NCBI GenBank assembly: GCA_950097015.1
Contig: CATNEN010000007.1
Coordinates: 4,402,001-4,466,000, forward strand
Reading direction: 5' to 3'
From: Macrostomum hystrix
Lineage: Eukaryota > Animalia > Platyhelminthes
Length of the DNA stretch: 64,000 bases
In this document: in pieces, positions 61,201 through 64,000 of the stretch
Numbering within the stretch: position 1 is the first letter of the stretch
How the letters are laid out: every line of letters starts with the position of its first letter
The notes under the pieces: generated by a model
The model's database searches: none
Told to the model about the DNA's origin: nothing
Seen by the model: only the letters and a program-made list of their open reading frames with translations
Program-made: the position numbers and the translations under genes

Positions 61201-63145
61201 CCCATCATTGAATTTGGCGGGCCGCCCATTAGGTGCGGCGGCATCGGACCGCCAAAGGCAGGCGGAGGAACACCGTACCCGGGCGGACCAAGATGCTGCT
61301 GATGAGGCGGCGGGCCCTGCGGATGCGGCTGCTGCTGAGGCGGCGGCGGGCCGCCGAGCATATGCGGGGGCCGCATCATGCCAGAGTTGGCCGACATCAT
61401 GTGCGGCGGCGGCACCTGCTGCCGATGCGGCGGCATGCCAGGCGGCGGCGCGCCACGCAGCGACATCGGCGGGCCCATATGAGGCGGCGGCGGTCCGCCA
61501 GGAATATGTTGCATTTGATGCTGCTGCGGTGGGCCACCGCCAGCGATGGAGACGGACGATGGCGGCGGGCCAGCCGGCAGGAAGCCGGGAGGTGGCGGCA
61601 TGCCGGGGCGGTCGGTGGGCATGCCAGGTGGCGGCATGCTGAGGTTGGGCGGCGCGCCCGGGGGCATGCCTGTTGGGCCCTGCTGCTGTTGCCCAGGCCC
61701 GCCAGGAGGTCCTGTTGGAGGCCCGCCCTGAACTGACATTTGCGGTCGCTGAGGCGGCTGCTGCTGCGGCGGCGGCGGTCCAGCACCGCCTGGCGGCATC
61801 GGCCGCGGCCCGCCCATGCCACCTAGCGGAGGCATGCCGCGCTGTTGCTGCTGCTGCTGCTGTAGTTGCTGCTGTGGTAGGGGGCCGCTCATTGGCGGGC
61901 GCCAACCTGGAGGAGGCTGGCCCCGCAGCATCGGCGGCAGTCCAGCGCCTCCGCCACCTCCAGCACCGCCTCCAGCGCTGCTTCCGCCGTTGCCTCTGAT
62001 GCCCGCGTTGGGTGGTGGCGGACCGCGCGGCGGAGGGCCTCGAGGAGGCGGACCGCGAAAGCTCTGCTGCATCGGCGGGCGCAGTGGAGGAGGACCAAAC
62101 TGACCACCAGGTCCACCTAGTGGTGGCCTAAAGAAGTCGATGTGGTGATTATTTAAATTAATTCTTAGATAGTAACCTTAGTCTATAAAGTCACACTCTA
62201 AACCAGGGGTCGACAAAATTATTAGCTAGCGGGCCAAAGAGAGAACCTAAAAGACGACAGCAGGCCGCATTAATTGTAGAAATATGAGATAGTGGAGAGA
62301 TGAGATGGGAGAGACGAGACACAGAAGAGACGAGACACTCGATTGATAAGACATGGGATAGATGAGACATGGGAGAGACGAGATACAGGAGAGATAAGAC
62401 ACTGGAGAGATAAGATGCAGAAGAGATGAGATAGGGGAAGAAAGAATCTGGATAATGTAGGTGTTGGAAGGGGCAAACTGGCTGGATTTGGGTCCTTGGG
62501 AGTTTTTTGGATGCAATTGGCTGACAGGCCAGAGTTTGCCTACCCCCTGCTTTAACCTATGATTTCTACTTATTTTTATCTCTGAACAGGTGGTAATGTC
62601 AGTCTGACTTAAAAGTTTTTCTATATTCATTCCAGAGCATCAATAAGCCTATTAGCACAACTAATTATATAGTGAAGCAATTATAATAAATATGATCACA
62701 AAATAGTTCTTTGGCTTCAACTATCTACTACATTTTAGCTTCATATCATACATGTCTTTCATGATTGTTATTCCTAGACATTAGAATAAATGTTAAATTT
62801 AGAGTTCTGCTGGGACAAACAGTTTCTAGTATCTATATATCCATATCTATACCCTCAAAATGTTCCTATAGCCTATCCATACCTGTATCCTTAACTTAAA
62901 AAATCCAGTAAGTTCCTATAACCTCTGTAGCATTTATAAAAGCATGTGCTTTACTCTTAGATGGACACATGTAACTCAGAGAAAGACAGTAAGATATGTT
63001 CCAATCTAGCCAGATATAACATATATTTTACTTATAGTGGTATATATTAGCTTCAAACAATGAAAATTATCCTCATAGTTGCACAAAATTGTTTCATAAT
63101 TTTTTTCTTCAAGGAAGAACTGCTGCTTAAAAAATAGAAGCATTA

Positions 63146-63178
<33 letters not shown>

Positions 63179-63836
63179 GAGGCGCGCACGCAGATTGGGT
63201 GCTGATTTTTTTGTTTATTTTATTTTTGAGGTTAAACAAATCAATTTTTGAAAGAGAAGGCGATAGGAAAACAGATTAATACATTTAACATTTAACTAGC
63301 TGCCTTATTGCATTATTAGTATATTAGGCAGTTTTTCAATAGGGCATTATAAAAAAATATTTGTTAGCTATTTGAAGCACAAATGAATTTCTTTATTAAT
63401 TAAAATGCCTTAGCGATGCCAGCTAAAATAAGCCAGATAACTTAGAGTGAACAAATACAACTTTTTTTCTAAAGCTTTTTAAAATTATGCAATAAAGTAA
63501 ATAATAGTTCAATTGAGTTGTGGACCAGGGTACAGTCCAGCTAGTTAGTTAACATAATAAAAATTATATATTAGCTATATATATATAGCTAAATAAATGG
63601 AAATAAACTGCTTTAAACCTAGAACTTTTCGTGAAGTTAAGAAGAAACACTTCACTGAAGTACTGTGAAGACTTTTTACTTATATATTAGCGACGTGAGC
63701 GGCCTAGGCCCAACTCTTACCTTAATTGTCCGCGAATAGTTGGACGGGCCTGAGAATGTTTTGGTCCAGCAGGATACCGATTTATGACGATGTCATTGTC
63801 ATCGGACTTTCCATTGTTTCCTTCGTTTTCTTCCAT
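49298..63836 (-). CDS. TCERG1: Transcription elongation regulator 1 (CA150) ortholog, about 1296 aa, 7 exons
   Basis: Exons 63836-63721, 62127-61053, 60955-59463, 59338-59185, 51131-50964, 50876-50616 and 49921-49298; all GT-AG with matching phases. Pro-rich N-terminus, three WW domains (WVEN..[46 protein letters not shown]), FF repeats, C-terminal PPPPTASEP. Confidence 0.95.
50125..50205 (-). pseudogene. tRNA-Arg(TCT)-like pseudogene or SINE head
   Basis: A-box-like TATGGGTTAG, anticodon loop CTTCTGA, B-box GTTCGACTC, T-run; the 5' acceptor strand does not pair. Confidence 0.45.
50241..50572 (+). mobile_element. tRNA-derived SINE in a TCERG1 intron
   Basis: Head with A-box TGGCAGAGCGG and B-box-like GCTCGATTC, unrelated body, (ATT)n tail. 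Confidence 0.6.
54045..54140. repeat. Near-perfect 46-bp-arm hairpin (MITE-like)
   Basis: TTATGCTAGGCTTCCGAGTGCGTAAATAGACTTGGCACGCGTGCGC, a GCA loop, then its inverted copy. Confidence 0.85.
54830..55395. repeat. 27-bp intronic minisatellite (GTACAACCTGAGACTGAGGGGTTGGTG)
   Basis: About 21 copies. Confidence 0.95.
57903..58935. repeat. About 32-37-bp intronic minisatellite (GATCAGGCTTGCATCCACCCCACTCCTATCCG)
   Basis: About 30 variant copies. Confidence 0.95.
63144..63178. repeat. (TAT)n microsatellite
   Basis: Direct. Confidence 0.9.
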
Positions 63837-64000
63837 TTTGTATATATTTATATAGAAACTGGAAGTAGCTCTATAAGACGTCGATAGCTACAGCGAGAAC
63901 AAAAAACTACCTTTTCGGAACAGTTTTCTAGTTTGTGGTTTCGGAAAAAAGAACCGATATTTGTTAGCTAAAAATAACATAAACTAGACGAATATTTCAG

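Overview
Eukaryotic (animal) genomic DNA with spliceosomal introns. The minisatellite and poly-CAG richness resembles the flatworm Macrostomum lignano, but the species cannot be confirmed from sequence alone. About 1-43 kb is a nested transposon cluster with six main parts. (i) The 3' end of a non-autonomous Helitron carrying a minisatellite. (ii) An 8.9-kb CCC...GGG-terminated CMC/EnSpm-like element (4494-13349) with a transposase remnant and a B-box/coiled-coil/BEN gene, flanked on both sides by inverted, near-identical 3' parts of a Helitron RepHel gene. (iii) Duplicated segments with RPA70-like OB-fold genes and a family of small RG-rich/CCHC-knuckle/polyQ genes. (iv) A full-length Gypsy LTR retrotransposon (19441-29989; CATC target-site duplication (TSD); tRNA-Lys PBS) with a third ORF encoding a DnaJ J-domain protein, interrupted by a 5'-truncated RNase-H-bearing non-LTR element. 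(v) A second Ingi-like non-LTR element. (vi) A decayed Tc1 element and an orphan gag. About 46-64 kb holds two host genes on the minus strand: a TACC-family coiled-coil gene and a complete 7-exon TCERG1/CA150 (WW+FF) gene, with minisatellite-, SINE- and MITE-containing introns. The most striking observations are the J-domain ORF inside the Gypsy element and the head-to-head RPA / RG-knuckle-polyQ gene pairs. All coordinates, splice sites and translations were worked out by eye; many 1-bp homopolymer indels may be long-read assembly errors.
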